DNA of 64,000 nucleotides from Klebsiella phage NU-KP11. Below the pieces are notes generated by a model that was given only the letters and a program-made list of their open reading frames with translations, was not told the DNA's origin and made no database searches. Made by a program: the position numbers and the translations under genes. Location of the stretch: the sequence record OR644643.1. The stretch is one strand, 5' to 3'. Below are positions 18,742 to 26,959 of this stretch, piece by piece. The first letter of the stretch is position 1; the number at the start of each line of letters is the position of its first letter.

Positions 18742-19016
18742 AAAGCCCTCAATTTTGCGCCGCTAATGAGAACATCTTTCATTTGTTTTGCGGTGCGGAT
18801 AGTAGTTGCCAGTTCTAAAGAGACATCATTACGATATGCTGTGCCGTCTTCACACAGAACCAAACCAGGACGGCCCTTGATAGGGTTGATGACTTCAACG
18901 CGAGTTGGATGATTTTCAACTTTGTAGCCTAATGCAAACGCACATGCTACTACATCGGTCATTTTCTTAGTCAGTTTCATAATCTGTCTCCTTTTTCGAT
19001 AGGCCCAATATAACAA
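18738..19016 (-). CDS. hypothetical protein. Probable true start is ATG 18980 (MKLTKKMTDVV), preceded by AAGGAG.
   Basis: Perfect RBS AAGGAGACAGATT-ATG. The promoter cassette at 19001-19047 places the transcription start upstream of 18980 but downstream of the track start. Confidence 0.5.
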   Translation of the reverse strand: MLYWAYRKRRQIMKLTKKMTDVVACAFALGYKVENHPTRVEVINPIKGRPGLVLCEDGTAYRNDVSLELATTIRTAKQMKDVLISGAKLRAL

Positions 19017-19047
19017 AAGCCCTCAACCGAAGTCAAGGGCTTTTTGA
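19001..19047 (-). promoter_or_regulatory. copy B of the terminator plus sigma70-like promoter cassette (terminates nrdD; drives the downstream small gene)
   Basis: Minus strand AAAAAGCCCTTGACTTCGGTTGAGGGCTTTTGTTATATTGGGCCTATCGAAAAAGGAGACAGATTATG is near-identical to 1101-1160. Stem changes are compensatory (G-U wobbles). Confidence 0.55.
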
Positions 19048-21171
19048 TTAATTTTGATGCTTAATGCGATGCATCATTTCTTTGTTCTTACCTTCGTTGA
19101 ACCCACGGACAGCAGGAGCACCCAAATAGCCGCATGTACGGCGCGTGACGCTCATTTTTTCCGGATCATGGTTCCCACAATGGGTACAATGAAAACCGTC
19201 TTCTGTTGGCTTAAATTCATCATCAGAGCCACACTCAAAGCATTTATCAACCGGAAGGTTAGTTCCGAAGTAGTCCAGTTTATCCATTGCATAATCCCAG
19301 ACTTTTTCAAGGGCTTCCAGGTTGTTTTTCATATCAGGGAATTCTACATAGCTGATATGACCAGCAGTAGCGATGTAATGATAATCGGCTTCATAGTCGA
19401 TTTTCTCGAACGGTGTTACCTTGCGGTCAACGTCCAGATGAAAACTGTTAGTGTACCAGCCTTTATCTGTGATCCCTTTGATACTTCCGAATTTCTCATA
19501 GTCCAGTTTGCAGAAACGATGACATAGAGATTCAGCAGGGGTTGAATACAGACTAAACCCAAATCCGGTTTTCTTTTTCCATGCTTCGGTCGCAGCGCGT
19601 AGATATTCCAGAATCAGTCTACCCATGTTCTGAGAACCGATCCTGTCGAATGGGTGTTGTCCAGATCCGAAAAGCATCAGAGTTTCATGCAATCCGATGT
19701 ATCCCAGACTGATAGAACTACGTCCATTTTTGAACAGTTCCAGAATTTCATCATCAGGTTTCAACCGTACACCAAACGCACCTTCTGTATAAAGGATCGG
19801 GGCTACACTGGCTTTAACACCTCTGAGACTATCAATACGAGTCATCAGGGCTTCAAAACACAGTTCCAGACGTTCATCAAGGATACGCCAAAATGCATCA
19901 TGCGCGTCTTCATCTTCCTGTGCTTCGGCTTCAATCGCAATACGAGGAAGGTTGATCGTCACAACGCCCAGGTTATTACGTCCATCAAGAATTTCATTAC
20001 CGTGCTCATCATGCCACACACTAAGGAAACTACGACAACCCATAGGAGATACAGGAATGCTAGAGCCAGTAATACGACGGTTATTAGCCGCGCTAATAAT
20101 ATCCGGATACATACGTTTTGAAGCACATTCCAGGGCCAATTTCTTAATATCATAGTTTCTGTCTTCCGGATTAAGGTTAACCCCTTTTTCCATAAACATA
20201 ACCAGTTTTGGGAATACAGGGGTAATGCCCTTTTTACCCAGTCCACGAATACGGTTTTTCAGAATCGCTTTCTGGATCATGCGTTCGCGCCAACCAGTAC
20301 CCATACCGAAAGTGATCGTGACAAAAGGCGTCTGTCCATTTGCAGTATGTAAGGTGTTTACTTCATATTCGTATGACTGGAACGCATCGAATACATCCTT
20401 TTCCGTTTTTTCCATCGCATACTGTTTTGATTTAGGAACCCCGTACCAAACAGCATCTTTAAAGTGTTTGTTGTACGTCATTTCAACGTAAGGGGCCAGC
20501 ACCTGATCGACATTTGCAAAGGTTGTCCCGCCGTACTGGTGAGAAGCAATCTGTGCGGTGATCTGAGCCATAAGAGCAGTAGCAACACCGATTGATTTAG
20601 GCGGTTCGATATCAGCGTTACCCATCCGGAACCCGTTTTCTAACATGCCTTTCAGGTCAACAAGACAGCAGTTAGTGTATGGGGTGAACGGGCTGTAATC
20701 CAGATCGTGATAATGAATATCACCGGAATCATGCGCCGCAACAATATGTTTCGGTAGAATATGGTTACGCGCCATATGTTTAGAAACGATACCAGCCAGA
20801 AGATCGCGTTTAGTCGGGAATACGCGAGAATCTTTGTTTGCGTTTTCGTTGGTTAATTCTTTGTTACTAAGAGTCATCAAACCCTTGATATCACGGAATA
20901 ATTTTCCGTTTTGTTCACGGGCGATATCACGATCATGACGATATTCGATATATGCACGGGCAACAGTCGGATTTGTCTTCATTAAAGATTCTTCAACAAG
21001 TTCTTGAATTTGTGAAATCTTCATTGCTTTACCGTTGCGGATCTGACTACGCAACACAAGCATAATCGCACTGTCTTCATCCGTCATCGTACCGCCAGCT
21101 TTATACACAGCATTACGAATTTTTTCTTTATCGAAATCGACGATTGTTCCGTCGCGTTTTTCTACTTTCAT
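19048..21171 (-). CDS. nrdD: anaerobic ribonucleoside-triphosphate reductase NrdD (intronless, 707 aa)
   Basis: ATP-cone N-terminus MKVEKRDGTIVDFDKEKI. C-terminal glycyl-radical motif RRTCGYLG. Zn-ribbon CxxC...CxxC. Followed by nrdG region genes as in T4. Confidence 0.95.
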   Translation of the reverse strand: MKVEKRDGTIVDFDKEKIRNAVYKAGGTMTDEDSAIMLVLRSQIRNGKAMKISQIQELVEESLMKTNPTVARAYIEYRHDRDIAREQNGKLFRDIKGLMTLSNKELTNENANKDSRVFPTKRDLLAGIVSKHMARNHILPKHIVAAHDSGDIHYHDLDYSPFTPYTNCCLVDLKGMLENGFRMGNADIEPPKSIGVATALMAQITAQIASHQYGGTTFANVDQVLAPYVEMTYNKHFKDAVWYGVPKSKQYAMEKTEKDVFDAFQSYEYEVNTLHTANGQTPFVTITFGMGTGWRERMIQKAILKNRIRGLGKKGITPVFPKLVMFMEKGVNLNPEDRNYDIKKLALECASKRMYPDIISAANNRRITGSSIPVSPMGCRSFLSVWHDEHGNEILDGRNNLGVVTINLPRIAIEAEAQEDEDAHDAFWRILDERLELCFEALMTRIDSLRGVKASVAPILYTEGAFGVRLKPDDEILELFKNGRSSISLGYIGLHETLMLFGSGQHPFDRIGSQNMGRLILEYLRAATEAWKKKTGFGFSLYSTPAESLCHRFCKLDYEKFGSIKGITDKGWYTNSFHLDVDRKVTPFEKIDYEADYHYIATAGHISYVEFPDMKNNLEALEKVWDYAMDKLDYFGTNLPVDKCFECGSDDEFKPTEDGFHCTHCGNHDPEKMSVTRRTCGYLGAPAVRGFNEGKNKEMMHRIKHQN

Positions 21172-21665
21172 TTGGTTGCCTTCATTAATTGTCTTCTATA
21201 GCTCTTTGCTAAAGCCTTGCGATCCTCAGTTTCTGAGTACTCAAAGCCCATAGAAATCATTTCGGCTATCATATCCGATTTAGTAAGGCGTGTAAACCAT
21301 TTAACCTTATCGGGTATAAATTTGTCGTGCATACGGTTTTGTGAATAGTCGCGTTTGAGGTATGCTACCAGGCTTTCTAGCCATTCGATGTAATCAACAT
21401 CACGGGAAACCAGTCCAGAACGATTAAATTTGTGCTTTACAATACCTTCTGTACCGTTGCATAGGTTACATAGGAGGCCGCGCACACGTCCGGCATTAGA
21501 GCCAGATAGAGCATGATCATGGTCAAGGTGATGTTTTTCAAGGTCACCCTCTAAAGGGCGACCACATAACGCGCACAAGCCGTTTTGCTGTTCAAAAAGA
21601 GCTTGTTTAATGGATGGATAATCTTTCTTAGTAATACGTTTAGTGAGCATAATAACACCAATCAA
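21168..21665 (-). CDS. 49: recombination endonuclease VII (gp49)
   Basis: QNGLCALCGRPL...HHLDHDHALSG..AGRVRGLLCNLCNGTEGIVKHKFNRSGL...VDYIEWLESLVAYLK is colinear with T4 endo VII. Confidence 0.9.
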   Translation of the reverse strand: MIGVIMLTKRITKKDYPSIKQALFEQQNGLCALCGRPLEGDLEKHHLDHDHALSGSNAGRVRGLLCNLCNGTEGIVKHKFNRSGLVSRDVDYIEWLESLVAYLKRDYSQNRMHDKFIPDKVKWFTRLTKSDMIAEMISMGFEYSETEDRKALAKSYRRQLMKATK

Positions 21666-21681
21666 ATAAAGGTGTTAATAT

Positions 21682-21957
21682 TTATCCCAACGTGCGAACG
21701 TACTCACGCAGTTGGTCAAAGCCGCCGATGTGCTTACCATCGTGGAAAATTTGAGGCATGGTCAGTCTACGAGTACCCAACAGGCTTTCGAGTTCAGAAA
21801 TGACCGTTTCATTCAGGATCGGTTTGCCGTCTGCGTCTTTTTCATCGGCTACAGAAACAAACTCATATTCTTTTCGTTTTGCGTCCAGGAGACGTTTAGA
21901 ATTCAGGCATGGAGCGCAATTGTAAACAGAAGGGATATAACCAAAAATCTTAAACAT
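21682..21957 (-). CDS. nrdC: thioredoxin/glutaredoxin NrdC
   Basis: MFKIFGY...C..C...LTMPQIF.DGKHIGGFDQLREY matches T4 NrdC. Confidence 0.85.
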   Translation of the reverse strand: MFKIFGYIPSVYNCAPCLNSKRLLDAKRKEYEFVSVADEKDADGKPILNETVISELESLLGTRRLTMPQIFHDGKHIGGFDQLREYVRTLG

Positions 21958-21965
21958 ATGTTACC

Positions 21966-22817
21966 TTACATTAAGTCATCCAGTGTTTCAGGGTATGTAT
22001 TTACGTCGCGTTTCTGATAGTTGCACACGTAGACTTCTTGCGTTTTATTTTGTTCGTAAGAATCAGTATGCTGGCCTAACAGATACTTTTTATCGAGGTT
22101 ATGCACATTATATTTTTGCATCCACTCGATCAGGATATCATTTTGCTTTCCTGCATGATGTGTAACGTTTGATAAACCAAACTTGATACCATCAGAGTTT
22201 AAATTATCGAGAAAATCATATAATTCATGCTCTCGTTCTTCGTTCCAGAATTTGTTATAAACTGCATCAGTGATCAGGTACGGCGGATCGCAGTACACAA
22301 AATCATTCAAACAGATATCAAGATCCTTAAACGATGCGCTAGAGAATTCAATTCCCCGAACATTATTTTTGAAGTGTTCAAACCGTTTAACGGTAGAATC
22401 ATTCAATGTTCTACAACCAAAATTGGCGTTAAAATCGCCTTTATCGTTGGTTCGATTAACATTACTAAACGAATGCAGGATTAGAACATAGAGCCATAGC
22501 GGATCCTTGTTCTTATTATATGCATCACGAAATGTGAGATACGCTTCTTTCTCGTTCTTACCCAGACCATACTGTTTAATCAATTCTCGCACCGGAGAGA
22601 GGTCAGGAAGCATTTGAAGGCGCTTATACATATCAATCAACGTCCGATCGTAATCGTTGCTTAGAACGGGTTTAGGGACGTTTAGTGACACACTCAACCC
22701 ACCACAAAAACAGTCGATGAATCGCATATAGCTGTTTCTGTCTGGAAATAATTTGAACAGTTCAGGAAGTAGCTTTTGCTTGTTTCCTGTGTATGGGATC
22801 ACACCATAATAACTCAT
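21966..22817 (-). CDS. dam: DNA adenine methyltransferase Dam (GATC)
   Basis: IPYTGNKQKLLPEL...FIDCFCGGLSVSLNV...DFVYCDPPYLIT..YNKFW is colinear with T4 Dam. Confidence 0.9.
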   Translation of the reverse strand: MSYYGVIPYTGNKQKLLPELFKLFPDRNSYMRFIDCFCGGLSVSLNVPKPVLSNDYDRTLIDMYKRLQMLPDLSPVRELIKQYGLGKNEKEAYLTFRDAYNKNKDPLWLYVLILHSFSNVNRTNDKGDFNANFGCRTLNDSTVKRFEHFKNNVRGIEFSSASFKDLDICLNDFVYCDPPYLITDAVYNKFWNEEREHELYDFLDNLNSDGIKFGLSNVTHHAGKQNDILIEWMQKYNVHNLDKKYLLGQHTDSYEQNKTQEVYVCNYQKRDVNTYPETLDDLM

Positions 22818-23116
22818 AATTCACAAAGCCCTTTTTCAAATTTTGCAATGGTATCGTACTTGTAACCACGATTCACTATGAAGCATTGAGTTTCACCCAA
22901 TTTATTGATCATGTCAATAGCTCTTTGTTCGTCTTTCTTACCTCTTAATTGTAAGGCAATTCTTACGATCTCTTTTAGTGTTTCGTCGTTGACTTCTTCC
23001 AGTTTAAAGGAATACCCAGCGATTTTAGCAAAAAGCCCCTTGCGAGCTACAAGGGGCATGTTGTCATAGAAAATCACGGTTCCTTTGTCGTTTTTGCGGA
23101 TACTAAATCCCGGCAC
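22814..23116 (-). CDS. hypothetical protein (100 aa)
   Basis: ORF track. Overlaps neighbours by 4 and 14 nt. Confidence 0.45.
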   Translation of the reverse strand: MPGFSIRKNDKGTVIFYDNMPLVARKGLFAKIAGYSFKLEEVNDETLKEIVRIALQLRGKKDEQRAIDMINKLGETQCFIVNRGYKYDTIAKFEKGLCEL

Positions 23117-24536
23117 GGTTCCTAATTTCCTCTAAAGTGTCACGGGCAGTAATCTTTCCGTTGACATAGTATGTGATCATAGCATCTTTCCAGCCTTCCG
23201 GCACTTTCTGTTCCAGAGTATCAATGGTTTTAAAGTTAACACCATCAGTGATAGTCATCAACAACCCTTTTTTACTCTTTTTCCATTCAGCGCCTTTTGG
23301 ACATTTATACACACCAGTCCACACACCGTTAATTTTGATTGCGCACATTTTCATCGCATATTTTTGAGTGTCGCGGGTAACTTCTTGAAGCAATCCGCCG
23401 CCCATACCAAACGCGATGTTTTCAGACGCCCAACGGTTAGACTCCATCCAGTTCAACACCCGATTGATTGTTTCAGGGCCATGAATTTCATCGCCTTGAA
23501 TGATCCTTACTGCTGGGTGTAGTACTTTATACCCTTTTGAGTTCACTGTATAGCCAAAGATACGGCCCAGTTCTTCAAGAGCGTACATGATATTGTCTAC
23601 CATATCACCAGAATCCGGACGAACTACCAGAGTACCGCCCTTAGAAAGAATCGAATCTTTATATTCTGCGATACGGCGAACCGCCGCTTTAAAATCCCAG
23701 GAATCATACACACATGCATACATCCCTTCACCGAAGATCTCAATACTGTTTTTGTACGCAAGGTCTTCGTTTTCTTTGCCGTAAGAAACGGTAGTGGAAT
23801 GTTCGCGAGCAGGAATTGAAATACCAGCCGCCATTTCACCATCATCAAACGCTTTCTGACAATCTTCAAACAGAGAGATAGCCATAATCAGCGCTTCTAC
23901 GGTATCAGTACCGAGGAAGTTATACAGGTGCGCGAGGCCACCAATACCAGCGGATTCAGCAGAAGAGGTTCCACGTGCGCCGAAGTCATGCAAACGGGTA
24001 CGTAACACCATATCAAATGCTTCACCTTCGAGATCGGAGGTTTTCTTGAGATATTTCTTCAACACTTTTTTACATTCACGGGATAGAGTTGCTACGGTTG
24101 AAGGGAACCATACTCCCCTGATCGCCAGGGTTTCTACGTGTCCTGCTAACCACAGCGCATTTTTCCCAGCGTGGAAAGTTGCAACCGGATTTTTAACCGC
24201 TACTGGGGTTCCTTCCGGAATCGCTCTGAATTCAAGAGGGATGTAACCCAGTTCTGCAATTTCTTTCCAACCTTTGTAGTTGAAGATTTCGCGCCCAAAG
24301 TGCATTTTGTACAACCGATTAGCAAAATCCACGTTTTCCATAGTCACCGGACGTGATAGGATTTGCGCAAGGCGGTTACAGCCAGCCGTAACTACTTGAT
24401 CAAATTTACCACCACGAGATTCAATATAAAACAGCGCCTCTTCGGAGCCAGTTGGATATTGCGACCAGTGAGAAACCTTATAGGAATCTACGGAAGTGAT
24501 GATGCTGTTCAGTTCTTCGAAAGTTTTGTTGTTCAT
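23103..24536 (-). CDS. nadV: nicotinamide phosphoribosyltransferase (NAMPT/NadV)
   Basis: 477 aa. Overall NAMPT/PBEF-like pattern (DSYKVSHW, GTDT, RPDSGD, IIQGDEI regions). Confidence 0.8.
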   Translation of the reverse strand: MNNKTFEELNSIITSVDSYKVSHWSQYPTGSEEALFYIESRGGKFDQVVTAGCNRLAQILSRPVTMENVDFANRLYKMHFGREIFNYKGWKEIAELGYIPLEFRAIPEGTPVAVKNPVATFHAGKNALWLAGHVETLAIRGVWFPSTVATLSRECKKVLKKYLKKTSDLEGEAFDMVLRTRLHDFGARGTSSAESAGIGGLAHLYNFLGTDTVEALIMAISLFEDCQKAFDDGEMAAGISIPAREHSTTVSYGKENEDLAYKNSIEIFGEGMYACVYDSWDFKAAVRRIAEYKDSILSKGGTLVVRPDSGDMVDNIMYALEELGRIFGYTVNSKGYKVLHPAVRIIQGDEIHGPETINRVLNWMESNRWASENIAFGMGGGLLQEVTRDTQKYAMKMCAIKINGVWTGVYKCPKGAEWKKSKKGLLMTITDGVNFKTIDTLEQKVPEGWKDAMITYYVNGKITARDTLEEIRNRAGI

Positions 24537-24563
24537 AAACGTACTCCACGTTTTAGGTTTATT

Positions 24564-25013
24564 TTAAAATACCCGATCCAGTCGTTCGGGATGGATTGTA
24601 TTGTGATATTTAGACTTACAATCCTTACTGGTTTTTCTGCCATTCGAACAGAAAACTTTGTGATACGTTGTCTTTGTGTGTTTTTCTTTGCACACAGGGC
24701 AAACAATCACAGAACCTATTTTAGCAGCCTTAGCCACTTCATACAAGTTCTTTACATCAATTTGTCTTTCTTTTGTGATAACCCGACCACGGAATTCAGC
24801 AACAACAGTTTCATCACGTACAGAACCATCACTATACTGAACTTTTTGTTTACTACTTTTTCGTTTGGATCCTGATATTTGAGAGGAACCCGATAAAAGT
24901 TTACGGAGTTCTAAACGGTCTTTATAAGCACCACGATTAACGCAGAAATATTCACCGTCTTCTTCGTCATCAAAATCAGCCCAATCTTCTAAAGCCTCAG
25001 CTTCATCGCTCAT
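24564..25013 (-). CDS. hypothetical protein with acidic N-terminus, basic linker and C-terminal Cys4 zinc ribbon
   Basis: MSDEAEALEDWADFDDEEDGEYFC...SGSKRKSSKQK...CPVCKEKH...C...C. Confidence 0.5.
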   Translation of the reverse strand: MSDEAEALEDWADFDDEEDGEYFCVNRGAYKDRLELRKLLSGSSQISGSKRKSSKQKVQYSDGSVRDETVVAEFRGRVITKERQIDVKNLYEVAKAAKIGSVIVCPVCKEKHTKTTYHKVFCSNGRKTSKDCKSKYHNTIHPERLDRVF

Positions 25014-25022
25014 AGTGGTTCC

Positions 25023-25283
25023 TTAGAAATAATCTTTGTTGCTCAACAGGTAAACCCGGTTATCGTTGTAGTCAATGTAAGCATCCCACCAACCAGCACA
25101 ATCAACACCATCAACTTCCAACGCCTGGATAAGAACGCTACCCGCTACGTTGTCGTATTCGTATATTGCATGTAATTCATCCAGCATTGCTTCAACATTG
25201 GCCCGTAAGCCTTTGCCGTTGTTAGCAACACCTTTTGCTTCCAGGCAGTATCCAGCATAAGTTGCTTTCATTACGATTTCCAT
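25023..25283 (-). CDS. hypothetical protein (86 aa)
   Basis: ORF track. Confidence 0.45.
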   Translation of the reverse strand: MEIVMKATYAGYCLEAKGVANNGKGLRANVEAMLDELHAIYEYDNVAGSVLIQALEVDGVDCAGWWDAYIDYNDNRVYLLSNKDYF

Positions 25284-25360
25284 GATGTTTATCCTTCTGA
25301 GTTAGTGTCTTGTCTACGGGAGTTAGAATACTACTATAACCAACCCCCGTCAACACCTTT

Positions 25361-25867
25361 TTACCAACTAATGTAAAAAGTGAATTCACTTACACGGCGA
25401 TCCGTTTTCCTTTCAGAAAACACTTCACGTTCTTCATGGTTTCGATACGTTTGATTGTACTTACTAGCCAGAGAATTTGTAATCTTAGCGGCGTTGCGTT
25501 TTTCTTCTGTATCGAATTTTAGCCCTTCTTCTTCCAACCATTCAGAAACTCGTTGGAATGCATAGCGAGTACATTCAATACCCAGACAAGAGCCGATATC
25601 ATGCTTCATATCATAGATAAGGTTTTGTTTTGTCGCGTGTTTCAAAACACCTTTTGTGATTGTATCCCGCGCATGTTCGATCATCTTAGCATTCTGATCG
25701 TTGATAATTTCTCTTGCTCGTTCTGCGAGAGTGGGAGATCGGCCTTCTACCGGAGTTTCTCCGTCAGTACCGATACTACGTACATGAATCATATTTTCAC
25801 CTATTGCGTTATTAACAGCCCATCTTTCGTATGTTTCACGAAGTAAGGGCGCATGTTCAATTACCAT
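25361..25867 (-). CDS. hypothetical protein (168 aa)
   Basis: ORF track. Candidate sigma70-like promoter upstream in the 25284-25360 gap. Confidence 0.5.
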   Translation of the reverse strand: MVIEHAPLLRETYERWAVNNAIGENMIHVRSIGTDGETPVEGRSPTLAERAREIINDQNAKMIEHARDTITKGVLKHATKQNLIYDMKHDIGSCLGIECTRYAFQRVSEWLEEEGLKFDTEEKRNAAKITNSLASKYNQTYRNHEEREVFSERKTDRRVSEFTFYISW

Positions 25868-26514
25868 AAAAAATCCAACGTTGGGGGTTTGATATTGATC
25901 CCTAACGTATCACACACATCGTTCAATACACTTTCTTTGAAGAGATTGAAACATGGAACCCTGTACAACCTAGCCAATCTTACAGCGATCGCGGTTCCAC
26001 CTTTAACACATCCTTCACGTTCTTCCGCCCAAAATAAAACAAAATCAGTTGGATTATCAAGATTTTCACGAAGAACTTGAATCGTGTTTCGCGCATACCT
26101 TCTTTGAACGTATTCATTCTGTGTATCGAAGTTACCTGCTACCTTTCTGGCTTCGTCAGCGGCTTTCTGTGTGTTTAAATCTTGAAAGTCGATGATATCC
26201 TTTCCGTTTGAGAAAAGGCCGTTAAAACCGTTCTCAGGAAGGATTATACACCTGTTATCCGGACTATAGTCAAACAGAAAGTGACTATCCATACCAGGAG
26301 CGCCGCCAGAATAAGCCCTGATCCCGCGTTCGTTCAAAGCACGTCCGATTTTAACAGCAATGTTTGCGATACGTTCAGGAGGTTTACGACTGCCAATTAA
26401 TGTTACTGTCTTGGCAGTTTTAATTACTGTACTAAAATCATTCGACATAAAAATTACCGAACAATTCTTTTGCTTTTTCGTTGTAAACTTCATAAGCCTT
26501 TTCAGGGTTATCAT
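25861..26514 (-). CDS. DprA/Smf-like (SLOG superfamily) Rossmann-fold protein. Likely start ATG near 26448 (MSNDFSTV).
   Basis: TLIGSRKPPERIANIAVKIGRALNERGIRAYSGGAPGMDSHF matches the DprA core signature GSR...G...SGxAxGxD. The track start overlaps the upstream HNH gene by 77 nt. Confidence 0.55.
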   Translation of the reverse strand: MITLKRLMKFTTKKQKNCSVIFMSNDFSTVIKTAKTVTLIGSRKPPERIANIAVKIGRALNERGIRAYSGGAPGMDSHFLFDYSPDNRCIILPENGFNGLFSNGKDIIDFQDLNTQKAADEARKVAGNFDTQNEYVQRRYARNTIQVLRENLDNPTDFVLFWAEEREGCVKGGTAIAVRLARLYRVPCFNLFKESVLNDVCDTLGINIKPPTLDFLW

Positions 26515-26956
26515 ATGAACCTAGAAAAATCTGCTTACCATCAACAACTATTCGCGCTTGATAGTTATTTCTTCTTTTATCAAAAATAACCCCTCTTTTT
26601 CCAGAAGCATTGCTTCGTTTCTTTATCTGCTTTCTTATGTTCTCTTGTTGCGTTGCCTCTTGCAAATTATCTATACCATCACCAAATTCAACACCATTCT
26701 TATGGTCAACAAGAGCGGGAAGATACCCATTAGCAACATAAAAGATGATCCGATGTCTGCGATAATGTTTCTTTTGAAACTTTATAACACAATATCCATC
26801 TTTCATAGTACCAGCGGAATCACCAACCCTCCTACCTTGACGCGGAGAAGACCATACTATATTTCCGGAAGTAACATCAACTGAAACGTGTTGAAGAAGT
26901 TCTCTTATTCCGGCTATTTCATCAGAAATAGTTCTATAGTTTCCGTGACTGTTCAT
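26438..26956 (-). CDS. free-standing HNH homing endonuclease with AP2 DNA-binding domain
   Basis: HNH core HRIIFYVANGYLPALVDHKNGVEFGDGIDNL..ATQQEN. AP2-like KRGVIFDKRRNNYQARIVVDGKQIFLGSYDNPEKAYEVYNEKAKELFG. Confidence 0.8.
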   Translation of the reverse strand: MNSHGNYRTISDEIAGIRELLQHVSVDVTSGNIVWSSPRQGRRVGDSAGTMKDGYCVIKFQKKHYRRHRIIFYVANGYLPALVDHKNGVEFGDGIDNLQEATQQENIRKQIKKRSNASGKRGVIFDKRRNNYQARIVVDGKQIFLGSYDNPEKAYEVYNEKAKELFGNFYVE

Positions 26957-26959
26957 AGT

